Shown here one piece after another: positions 47,052 through 54,930 of a stretch of 64,000 nucleotides of DNA. The notes under the pieces were generated by a model. It was not told the origin of the DNA. It worked only from the letters and a program-made list of their open reading frames with translations, and did no database searches. This DNA comes from a virus. Within the stretch, counting starts at the first letter, position 1; the number at the start of each line of letters is the position of its first letter. The stretch lies in the IMG/VR virus record IMGVR_UViG_3300028394_000042; one strand, given 5' to 3'. A program made the translations under genes and the position numbers.

Positions 47052-47549
47052 CTACTTCTTCTCCGCGATAATTGGCTTAGCCTGTCGCGCAGAACTGGCA
47101 ATCGTCTCGCACACGTCGATGATCTTTTTCAGCATGTCTGGCGTAATTGACTGCACTTCTTTTGAGCCAATAGCCGCGTCAAACAACTGCTCAATCGCGA
47201 CATCTAGGCCGGGATACGTGCCCGGCTTCTCAATAGCCAGCTGCAGCGTGTTGGTTTGAATGTCGTGGAGCTGCTCTGTGGTGTTCACGCGCGCGCTGTT
47301 GTCCCGCGTAAGCACGCGCGCTAAGCCTGTGTAAACGCTATCAGTGCGGGCTTTGTCTTCGGGCGTAGCGTTGGCCAACAAAGTCAAAATACCCGCGTCA
47401 GTTGCATGCTCAACAACTGGCGCAACAGGTGCCACGACTGGTTCAGGCTTGGCCATAAACGCGCCGGGGCCGTTAGGAAACAACAGTGAAATAGCCAGCA
47501 AAACGCCAGCTAACAGCACTAATTTGGTACCGCAGTTTTTGCAGTTCAT
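47052..47549 (-). CDS. Membrane-anchored or exported protein, 165 aa
   Basis: N-terminal hydrophobic helix followed by a Pro/Val linker. Confidence 0.7.
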   Translation of the reverse strand: MNCKNCGTKLVLLAGVLLAISLLFPNGPGAFMAKPEPVVAPVAPVVEHATDAGILTLLANATPEDKARTDSVYTGLARVLTRDNSARVNTTEQLHDIQTNTLQLAIEKPGTYPGLDVAIEQLFDAAIGSKEVQSITPDMLKKIIDVCETIASSARQAKPIIAEKK

Positions 47550-47845
47550 ACAACACCCTTAGACGGTTGCTGAAACTCGACAATCACACGCAAGAGCACA
47601 GTACACGCCTCTACGCCATCTTTGCAATCTTCTGCAGAAAGACGGTCGCGAAGATTGGTGACCGCAACAATGTCGTTCACCAGATTTACGGCAATGGACG
47701 GCTGCACAACAGGCGCAGTAGCTGCGGCTGGAACACCCACATTAGCGCCAAAAAGCTTGCGAATGATAGCGCCGATCTGTGCGCGATACACAAGAAACAC
47801 GGCTACGGCAAACAAACCAGCGCAGATAAGTTGGAACTCAGTCAT
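47546..47845 (-). CDS. Small membrane protein, 99 aa
   Basis: N-terminal transmembrane segment; GGAG RBS. Confidence 0.7.
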   Translation of the reverse strand: MTEFQLICAGLFAVAVFLVYRAQIGAIIRKLFGANVGVPAAATAPVVQPSIAVNLVNDIVAVTNLRDRLSAEDCKDGVEACTVLLRVIVEFQQPSKGVV

Positions 47846-47879
47846 GGTAACTCCAGTTTAAGACAGGTGCTGTAGTGTA

Positions 47880-48692
47880 TCAGGTTTGCGGAACAAGGAC
47901 ATATGGCCGCCCGTTAATCAACAACGTGCCGTGAATTTGGGGCGCAGCGTCTTTTGTAATTGGGTAACGTTCGGTGCGGGGGCCGTACAACTTCACAATT
48001 TCTTCAATGTCGCCCGTCTGCGGCTTTGTCATGTTCGGGTCGTAGTAGGGCGCCATGAGATTACCGGAATTCAAGTGCGGCAGCCCCAAGGCGTGGCCCA
48101 GCTCGTGGCAGATCACAGCCACTGCCATGTTGAAACTCCACGACTCAGCCTCGTCAAACATCTGGTCGAGCTGGATATTTGGCGCTACGCCGCACGGTAA
48201 CTCACTCCACGCGAGCGTCCCGCCTTTGTTATCTAAACCGTGTTTCGCACCCATGCCAGACCGCGCATAGATGTTAGCCAAGCTCTGGTTGTCGACCCGG
48301 ACGGGGTCTATGTTGCACACCTCTGCCCACTGCGAAAACGCGATGTCGTAGGCTTGCGCGATCTGTTCTTTGTTCAGACCGGGCAGATTGATCTCGTGGA
48401 AGTAGGCTATCTTCTCCATAGGCCACTTGCAGATCTCGCCACCCGGGGCTGTGATATTGAAATCAGGCAGCCCGCAGCGTGGCCGGTTAATCCGGTGCGC
48501 TGTCTTAGGGCCGACCTTGCCAGTGGGGTCCAGACCGTTGAACTCCTGATAAGCCTTGATGGCTTTCTGGAGTTCTGGGCCTGAAATCTTTTTCACTGCG
48601 GCCATCGACTTGTCGCCAAAGTACCCAAGCCCGTGCAAGCGCTTTAAGATATCTAAGACGGGGATGACGTGCTCAAACGGTTTGCGTGCCAT
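47880..48692 (-). CDS. Peptidoglycan-binding-like domain plus matrixin (M10) zinc metalloprotease
   Basis: AIKAYQEFNGLDPTGKVGPKT; PRCGLPD cysteine switch; HELGHALGLPH; Met-turn LMAP. Confidence 0.9.
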   Translation of the reverse strand: MARKPFEHVIPVLDILKRLHGLGYFGDKSMAAVKKISGPELQKAIKAYQEFNGLDPTGKVGPKTAHRINRPRCGLPDFNITAPGGEICKWPMEKIAYFHEINLPGLNKEQIAQAYDIAFSQWAEVCNIDPVRVDNQSLANIYARSGMGAKHGLDNKGGTLAWSELPCGVAPNIQLDQMFDEAESWSFNMAVAVICHELGHALGLPHLNSGNLMAPYYDPNMTKPQTGDIEEIVKLYGPRTERYPITKDAAPQIHGTLLINGRPYVLVPQT

Positions 48693-48716
48693 GTGTGCGT
48701 CCTTGCATAGCGTGGG

Positions 48717-49124
48717 TTATTGCGCTTCTTCCTGCGCTATCGCAATCAGAGCGTCAAGCGCAGCGTCATCGGCAGATTCGCTGATGTCGTACAACGCCGT
48801 CAAAATAGGATTCGGCTTAGTCTTGCTAACCGCATGCCCCGCAAACTTCTCGCTGTACAGAGCGTTCATTCGCCGCCGCAGCCGGATAAGTTTTCTCGGC
48901 GGCAGCGTGCGAATGTCTCGAATGCTCTGCTTCAGGTCTTTGGGCTTGTTGGGATTGCAGTACATAAACAACTGCACACAAATCGAAATGATCGTGATGA
49001 TCGTAATCGGATCGAACTGCGCCGATTGCTCAGACTGAAAATCAAGCTCATCAGCTAGCTTGTTCTTCAGCGCTTTAAGCTCCGGCGTAGCGTCGATCCT
49101 ACGTTGCAGTTCGGTAAGCTCCAT
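48717..49124 (-). CDS. Hypothetical protein with central hydrophobic segment, 135 aa
   Basis: DPITIITIISICVQLFMYC. Confidence 0.7.
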   Translation of the reverse strand: MELTELQRRIDATPELKALKNKLADELDFQSEQSAQFDPITIITIISICVQLFMYCNPNKPKDLKQSIRDIRTLPPRKLIRLRRRMNALYSEKFAGHAVSKTKPNPILTALYDISESADDAALDALIAIAQEEAQ

Positions 49125-49127
49125 GGC

Positions 49128-49505
49128 TCAGCCCTGCCGCGCTTGCATACGCTCAACAGCCTGCATACGCTCAACAGCCACGATTTCCATGAGCTTGTAC
49201 CGCGACTCAATCAGCTTGAGCTTTACGGCAGTCCGCCCAGAGATGTACTTCCAGATCAGCGCACTATTGAGCACAAGAATTTGTGTCGCGCCAACAACAG
49301 CAGTCACAGCCTTAAGCACAGTGTCAGCGTCAGACTGGTTGATCCAACCCAACATGACGGCCACGGCTACCAAGTTGGCCACGGCGCCAGCGGCCATAGT
49401 CCAGAACTCAGCCGTCAACCAGCTTCCGCCGGTGTCTTGGGCTGTATCAGCCACAGTGTTGTTCAAAACGCGCAGCTCTTCACGGGCGGTATCGATAGCT
49501 TGCAT
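49128..49505 (-). CDS. Holin-like membrane protein, 125 aa
   Basis: WLTAEFW followed by two transmembrane helices and YISGRT. Confidence 0.55.
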   Translation of the reverse strand: MQAIDTAREELRVLNNTVADTAQDTGGSWLTAEFWTMAAGAVANLVAVAVMLGWINQSDADTVLKAVTAVVGATQILVLNSALIWKYISGRTAVKLKLIESRYKLMEIVAVERMQAVERMQARQG

Positions 49506-49574
49506 GGCAATGCTCCTAGAGTTAGTGGGTAACTCTATTGTGCCAAAGCAGGCAAGCTAGCGCAACACAACTAG

Positions 49575-50603
49575 CTATCGCGCGCCAAAAAGCGGCGGAA
49601 TTATGGCGTGCATCATGCCGCCCCACAAACCCATGTCTTGTAACTTATTCTGGCCCTCGGGTGTTAACCCGGCCATTGCCGACAGCGCCCGGCCAGCTAT
49701 GTTAGCTGTGGCTAACCCAACGCCCGCTGACGCAATCCCGTGAATGACGTCAATTGGCCTGATAATAGGCGACCGCTGGCTGGCGCCGATACCAGACATA
49801 AGGCCGGTAGCTGCTGCAGCATATTGCGGCGGCGTATGTGTTTGAAAGCCGTTGGCAAAGCCGCGCTGCACATCGTTCCACGCGGCTTGATTGAACTGCG
49901 ATACGTGCACGTTAGGCTGGTACAGCGGCATTCCCGGGTAAGCGCCAGTGTCGTCATACGACATAGCAGCTTTTTCTGGTAACTGCTCGTGCGGATATTC
50001 AAACGGCGTGTCGTTGCGCGTGACTAACCCCTTAAGCATGCTTGTGCGCATAGCTTTGGCGTTCGAATACGCGTTGACGCCGCCAGTTGCCAGCCCGCCA
50101 AGCGCGCCAATCATGCCGAGCGTCCGACGTAGTTTACCGCGCTGTATATAACGTTCTGGAAACAGCTGCTCCGCCAGCGCGCCAGCGCCGTAGCCAAGCC
50201 CGCCAGCCAGCAGGCCGGTCATAAGCCCATTGGATAGCGGCGTCGGGCCACCAAGCATGGCAGTTCCAGTATTCCACACTGCTGGCAACCCGGGCACTAC
50301 AGAACCGCGCTTGATAATAATCTCTTTGTCCCAGTCCGGGGTCGTGGCGGCAAACGTCGTCATAACAGGCGTTTTACCAAGCAGTTCGGCAAGCTTGATC
50401 CGGGCGCTATCAGTCGGAAGCGTTGGCCCGTAAACGGTAATTTGATTTGCGCTTGGCGCCCATGTAGCCACGCTAGTAGACAGCAAATCAACAGCAACAG
50501 CCGCGCGCTCGTAGGCTAGCTTCACGGTAAATGCGTACGGCAGCAGTTCTGCTACGCGCGCAGGCACCAGTCGCCATTCGTAGAACGTAGCTGTATTTGC
50601 CAT
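49575..50603 (-). CDS. Gly-zipper putative ejection protein, 342 aa
   Basis: GLLAGGLGYGAG, GALGGLATGG; K-x-A motifs; no Cys seen. Confidence 0.65.
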   Translation of the reverse strand: MANTATFYEWRLVPARVAELLPYAFTVKLAYERAAVAVDLLSTSVATWAPSANQITVYGPTLPTDSARIKLAELLGKTPVMTTFAATTPDWDKEIIIKRGSVVPGLPAVWNTGTAMLGGPTPLSNGLMTGLLAGGLGYGAGALAEQLFPERYIQRGKLRRTLGMIGALGGLATGGVNAYSNAKAMRTSMLKGLVTRNDTPFEYPHEQLPEKAAMSYDDTGAYPGMPLYQPNVHVSQFNQAAWNDVQRGFANGFQTHTPPQYAAAATGLMSGIGASQRSPIIRPIDVIHGIASAGVGLATANIAGRALSAMAGLTPEGQNKLQDMGLWGGMMHAIIPPLFGAR

Positions 50604-50927
50604 TCACTTACCCGACAGCGCCATAAAAAGGTGCAACATGAACCGAACAAACACGACCAGCCACGCCAATGCGCCGCTAATAGCTAAAAAAACGACTACG
50701 CTCGTGGCCGTGAGCGCCGGAAACAGCTTGTGTACGGGGATAGTCTTGAACAGCTGCCACGCCCGAATGTAACCCAGTGGGCCGGCTGGCTTAGTTGGCT
50801 CTGGCTCTGGTACTGGTGTTGGGCCGGGAGCTGGTTTTGGCTTGGGCTTAAACCAGTCTACAAGTCCGCCAAGAATAGGCCGCACTGGCTTGCCGTCTTT
50901 TTCAGTGTCAACCATTTTTGCGCCCAC
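50604..50927 (-). CDS. Pro-rich membrane protein, about 107 aa
   Basis: KPKPKPAPGPTP linker and C-terminal transmembrane segment. Confidence 0.65.
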   Translation of the reverse strand: MGAKMVDTEKDGKPVRPILGGLVDWFKPKPKPAPGPTPVPEPEPTKPAGPLGYIRAWQLFKTIPVHKLFPALTATSVVVFLAISGALAWLVVFVRFMLHLFMALSGK

Positions 50928-52443
50928 CTAAGTTTTTCAATGAGTCAAAGATATCATTACCGTACATTTGCGTCGCTTTGTCCAGCGGGTTCATCTGCGG
51001 CAGCGTTCCGTGTACAGCAGCCAACGCCATTTGATATCTATACTGCGGGTCGAGCTGCGTGCGGTACATGTGCATGTTCTGCCGCGAGTTCAAAATGAAA
51101 TCGCCGCGCTGCTTTGCTTTTGACAAGTGATCCATGACGTTGGCAAACACTGGCTTAGCGTTGTCGTACACAAGCGGGTGCTGGAAGTTCATCAGATTTG
51201 CAAACTGCTGTGCGTACACGCTGCCGTCTGTGTTGGGCACATTGAAAGCCGCTTTTACGCCGCTTGGAATAGTCGTCGGGTCAGTGTGGAACCGGAACTT
51301 GGTCGGCATGTGCGTAATGCCCTTGAACTTGGGCGCGTCGTCGTCGATCTGCCAGTCTTGCGGCGACTGCGACATAAGCTTCCTGAGAATCTGCGCCTTG
51401 TGGCCGTAACGCTTGTTGTCAGAGTGATTCTTGGCCGCGAGCAATTCTTCGATGATCTGCGCGCGGGAAAGCTTCTCTATGAGCTTTTCTTTTGCGTAGT
51501 AGGCGGGGTCACTGGACAGGTGATCCTTGGCAATTTCTTTGGCGATTTGATCATTGTCTGTGTGTTCGTGTTCATCGGCTTGTCCTTCTGCGAGGGCTTT
51601 TGAAGAAAAATCCCGGTCGGGAACATTATCAGCTTTTCCACCATGTAACAGGTCTTTTGTTACCGTGCGGGAAAGTGTGTTAGAGTGCTGTATTTCAGCA
51701 GTAGATGCAGCTTTACACCTGCCACAGCCCGTTTTTTTGCATACGCATGTTTCAGGGCACGTGCACGGGCCAGAACAACCGCACTCGTATGTTGTGTCTG
51801 TAGCCGCGGCTGCTTTCAGCTCGCCACGACTGGAACTCTGCATAGGCATACCGTCATCGGTGGCGTTGCCCTTGCTTATGCCGTTGGGCTGCAGCACGTT
51901 TTTACGGCGCGCGGCAATTGTGATGTGAAACTGGTGGTCGCCGTTAGGCATGGGTGACAGGCCGTAGCTCTTGCGCAGCGCTGTAAGCCCGGGCGCAGTC
52001 ACGGTCATCACCCAGACTTTGCTGACGTTGCCAGCTTTGGGCGTGAACTCTTCAAGCTTGCCCAGTGAGTAATGAAACGTGTGGCCGCGCTCGTTGATCT
52101 TGTCTGGGCCAATCTTTTCAACTTCTTCGGCAGACATGACAGAGATATGCGCGTTCATTACGTCTGGCTTGTCGTCGTCGAGGCCCCACACGCCTTTTGT
52201 GGGAAGCTCTGCGCCCGGGGCTGTCATGGCGTCAAACAAGCCACGGACAAACGCATTGGGGACAGACAAGAGCAGCCAATTGGACTTAGACAGATACAGC
52301 CGGCCTGAAAACGCGTGGTTTGTGCTGGCCTGCTTGTCGCCCCGGTACAGCCAACCGAAGGCGTTGCCGGCTACATAGGCCGGATGCTCTCTGAGATATG
52401 CCGGATCCCATGCCAAGGGATCGAGGGCTGATAGGCTGTCCAT
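50908..52443 (-). CDS. Multidomain protein: 2H phosphoesterase, Cys-rich segment and DUF5661-like domain
   Basis: Two HxS/T motifs (AHISV, FHITI); CGCSGPCTCPETCVC..GCGRC; EHEHTDN.QIAKEIAKDHL..DPAYY. Confidence 0.7.
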   Translation of the reverse strand: MDSLSALDPLAWDPAYLREHPAYVAGNAFGWLYRGDKQASTNHAFSGRLYLSKSNWLLLSVPNAFVRGLFDAMTAPGAELPTKGVWGLDDDKPDVMNAHISVMSAEEVEKIGPDKINERGHTFHYSLGKLEEFTPKAGNVSKVWVMTVTAPGLTALRKSYGLSPMPNGDHQFHITIAARRKNVLQPNGISKGNATDDGMPMQSSSRGELKAAAATDTTYECGCSGPCTCPETCVCKKTGCGRCKAASTAEIQHSNTLSRTVTKDLLHGGKADNVPDRDFSSKALAEGQADEHEHTDNDQIAKEIAKDHLSSDPAYYAKEKLIEKLSRAQIIEELLAAKNHSDNKRYGHKAQILRKLMSQSPQDWQIDDDAPKFKGITHMPTKFRFHTDPTTIPSGVKAAFNVPNTDGSVYAQQFANLMNFQHPLVYDNAKPVFANVMDHLSKAKQRGDFILNSRQNMHMYRTQLDPQYRYQMALAAVHGTLPQMNPLDKATQMYGNDIFDSLKNLGGRKNG

Positions 52444-52470
52444 GTCGTGCTGGCCTGTTGTTAGGGGCGC

Positions 52471-52632
52471 CTAGTTTGGCGCGGCGTACGCTGGTTTGGC
52501 ATTACCGCTTACCTGTGCGTCATGCTGTTTGTGGGCCGCAGCCGCAAACGCTGAAAACAACAGCATGGCGCAGCAGAACAGGGACGCCACCCACGCCATG
52601 ACGCTCAATTGCTTACGAATCGTGATGCTCAT
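52471..52632 (-). CDS. Small single-transmembrane protein overlapping the holin
   Basis: MSITIRKQ followed by a hydrophobic helix. Confidence 0.5.
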   Translation of the reverse strand: MSITIRKQLSVMAWVASLFCCAMLLFSAFAAAAHKQHDAQVSGNAKPAYAAPN

Positions 52633-52969
52633 GCTTTGGCTCCTCGATGTGTTCGCGTTCATGGACAATCGTGACTTTGATGCCTGAGCCAGCCAGTAAA
52701 GATATCAATAAGTCAGTCAACGTTGAACCACCCATGCCAGCGAGTACGCAAACGCCAATCAAGCCATATACGTTCTCGGCTTTCCTGTAGTTTTGGTACC
52801 AAAGCAACGCAATCGCTAACCCCATGAACCCGGCGTTAAGCATGGCGCTGACTACAGCTAGTTTAGAGAGTTTCTTGGCAAACCGCAAAAGCGTAGCCAG
52901 ACCCGCAAACGCAGCTGCGCCAAACGCGCTGACGAACACACCCAGCGATGTAGAAAGCTCGTCGCTCAT
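52613..52969 (-). CDS. Holin-like protein with three transmembrane helices, 118 aa
   Basis: Three hydrophobic helices, LAGMGG, charged C-terminal tail; TATAAT upstream at 53015-53020. Confidence 0.6.
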   Translation of the reverse strand: MSDELSTSLGVFVSAFGAAAFAGLATLLRFAKKLSKLAVVSAMLNAGFMGLAIALLWYQNYRKAENVYGLIGVCVLAGMGGSTLTDLLISLLAGSGIKVTIVHEREHIEEPKHEHHDS

Positions 52970-53021
52970 GGTATTTAACTTCTTTGCTACGCTGTGTTTA
53001 CGTCAACCAGATTAATTATAC

Positions 53022-53247
53022 AAATGCACCAAAAGCCCTTGCGATCCCCTTCCGCAAGTCCAGTTTCAACCGAAGTCGAAAATCCACGGCGACTTACAAA
53101 GGCGCTAAGCGCCTCGTGTGGCATTCGCCGTTCCTCCACCCGCGCGCTCGACAAAATCTGACCGCGGAACCTGTAAAGCCATTGGCATCCCTGCCGCAGA
53201 CAATACGCCTAACCAGCCGGCCACCACGACTAACTTTTGGTGCACTT
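53022..53247 (-). ncRNA. Putative structured non-coding RNA, about 226 nt, family not recognised
   Basis: 15-bp closing helix with G-U pairs on the minus strand, cUUCGg and GNRA tetraloops, potential 7-bp pseudoknot, extended -10 TGCTAAACT just upstream. Confidence 0.7.
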
Positions 53248-53327
53248 CAAGTTTAGCAAATTCATACCCCACTACAGAGTACGAACCCAGACCAGCAAAT
53301 TGTCAAAGAACACTGCGAATTACGCGC

Positions 53328-53786
53328 CTAAATATAGCGTGCCGGCTCATTGCTGCACAGGCCAGCCGGCTCGTGGTCGAAAAGCCAGTTGCTGTCAGCC
53401 ATTTCGGGGAACACAGCGATAGAACGCGGGGCTAACTCACGAGGCGGCAGGGTCCAGATAAACTGCGAGCTGGTCAGGGTCAGCGGCGACTCTGTAGCTA
53501 GCACAGCATGCGCGCCAATGTTGCACAGCGCGTCTAGCGTTTCGGCGTTCTGGCACCGGCTCCACACGCGATGCTTTGAAAAGAAACTGGGTGGAACTGG
53601 TGTAAAACCGCTGGCGTGCGGCAAAAGAAAACCGCCACTCCTGAACACGACGTCCACGCATATGTGCCAGCCAGCTTTGAGCGCTTCTTGGAGATATTTC
53701 AGCGTGTTTTCCTGCTCTGGAATGCGCCCGTTGATGTTGCCCAAGTGTGAGATGATAATCCCGTCAAACCTCTGATTTTGTGCCAT
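53328..53786 (-). CDS. Short glycerophosphodiester-phosphodiesterase (GDPD)-like protein, degenerate
   Basis: IISHLGN..G...ENT..Y...AL..G..ICVDV. Start moved to ATG 53786. Confidence 0.6.
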   Translation of the reverse strand: MAQNQRFDGIIISHLGNINGRIPEQENTLKYLQEALKAGWHICVDVVFRSGGFLLPHASGFTPVPPSFFSKHRVWSRCQNAETLDALCNIGAHAVLATESPLTLTSSQFIWTLPPRELAPRSIAVFPEMADSNWLFDHEPAGLCSNEPARYI

Positions 53787-53803
53787 ACAACCGTCCTTGT
53801 TGC

Positions 53804-53864
53804 AAATAAAAACGCCCGGTGGTTCCCTCGCTTTCATCCTTGTCGGAGAGCGCTGGGCCGGGCG
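53804..53864 (-). terminator. Extended stem-loop plus U-tract; terminator or small RNA
   Basis: CGCCCGG...CCGGGCG followed by TTTTTATTT. Confidence 0.6.
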
Positions 53865-53881
53865 ATGTACTGTGGCTTTGT

Positions 53882-53910
53882 ATGGTACTGAACTGGCCTC
53901 AACCTGTCCA
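53882..53910 (-). promoter_or_regulatory. Sigma70-like promoter candidate
   Basis: TGGACA-17 nt-TACCAT. Confidence 0.45.
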
Positions 53911-53918
53911 CAATTTGA

Positions 53919-54929
53919 TCAGAGAATTTTGGCCGCAATCAGACAGCCGCGGACAACAGCGTGCAGCGGGTCATTGGCGTGCCGAACTTCTTTCACAGCC
54001 AATGGAAAACCGTTCTCTTCCAGCTTGACTTTGAACATCTCGACAAAGCCCTTGGCCTGCGTTGTGCCGCCTGCCAAAGAGATCACAAGGGGCGCCGTGA
54101 ACTTGGGCAAAGACTTGTGCCCCTTGAGCGCCGCAGCCAGTTGCTTGACCGTGTAGTCAATAAGCCGTTCGTAGTAGGCGCTCACAGCTGACAGCACCGG
54201 ATTGTCGTTCTGCTCGCCAATCACAAACGTGCCGTGCTCTTTCTCAGCTTGAACTACCGAATCTGACTCGGCAGTTGCGACAGCGGTCATGCGGTCGATC
54301 CAGTCGCCCGAGCGTGTCGTCGAGAACAGCACTGTGGGCTCGCCGTTGAGCATTACGCACACGTTGACCATACCTGCGCCCCACGAGAGCCCAATGCCCG
54401 TGTAGTCGTCATTTTCGAGCTCTGAGTAGCACAGCGCTTCAGCCTCGTTGATAGCGCGCGGGCTGTACCCGACGCCGGTTAAGATAGCTTTAACAGTGTC
54501 CTCGTGGTAGCCAACGTCAAAGTCTTCGTCGCCCTTGTCTACAGGCTGCGCTGGAATACAGAACACGATCTTCTCGTCGGGCTCTGTGGCTTGGCCGGCT
54601 ACTTCCTGCAGAATGAAAGCCAGCACGCGCTTGGCGTCTTTCTCTTTGGGAGAAACTACGCCGCGGTACATCGGGCGCTTGGCCGAGTCATTGCGCTCTA
54701 CAGCTTTCTCGATAGCGTCTTGGCCCAGCAAAATAAAGCTTCCGTCGCTGTCTTTGACGAAGACTTTACCAGTCAGGCCCTTTTCGATCATCTTCGTGGC
54801 CACAGGCGTCGTGGGTTTGATCACGTAGAAAGCATCGCGGAAGTCTTTGTAGGCGATGTTCGCGTTGTTCTCAGTGCTGTCTTGGGCCAGCACGATAAAA
54901 GAAGTACCGACGTCTAAACCTTTGGCCAT
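53919..54929 (-). CDS. Actin-fold ATPase (MreB/MamK/ParM superfamily), about 336 aa
   Basis: GLDVGTS (phosphate 1), INEAEA (connect 1), SWGAGMVN (phosphate 2), LAGGT (adenosine), DPLHAVVRG (connect 2). Confidence 0.88.
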   Translation of the reverse strand: MAKGLDVGTSFIVLAQDSTENNANIAYKDFRDAFYVIKPTTPVATKMIEKGLTGKVFVKDSDGSFILLGQDAIEKAVERNDSAKRPMYRGVVSPKEKDAKRVLAFILQEVAGQATEPDEKIVFCIPAQPVDKGDEDFDVGYHEDTVKAILTGVGYSPRAINEAEALCYSELENDDYTGIGLSWGAGMVNVCVMLNGEPTVLFSTTRSGDWIDRMTAVATAESDSVVQAEKEHGTFVIGEQNDNPVLSAVSAYYERLIDYTVKQLAAALKGHKSLPKFTAPLVISLAGGTTQAKGFVEMFKVKLEENGFPLAVKEVRHANDPLHAVVRGCLIAAKIL

Positions 54930-54930
54930 G

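Noticed and set aside
53022-53247. tRNA, tmRNA, RNase P, SRP or a common riboswitch
   Set aside because: I could not find their diagnostic motifs (T-loop/CCA end, GAGGAAAGUCC, SRP loop, B12 or SAM boxes); an Rfam search is still needed.
53276-53306. TTGACA...TACTCT promoter
   Set aside because: The 19-nt spacer is long; the extended -10 at 53250-53258 fits better, though this one is not excluded.
52984-53435. Short plus-strand ORFs over the 53-kb intergenic region
   Set aside because: Opposite to the genome's coding strand and motif-free; RNA structure explains the region better.
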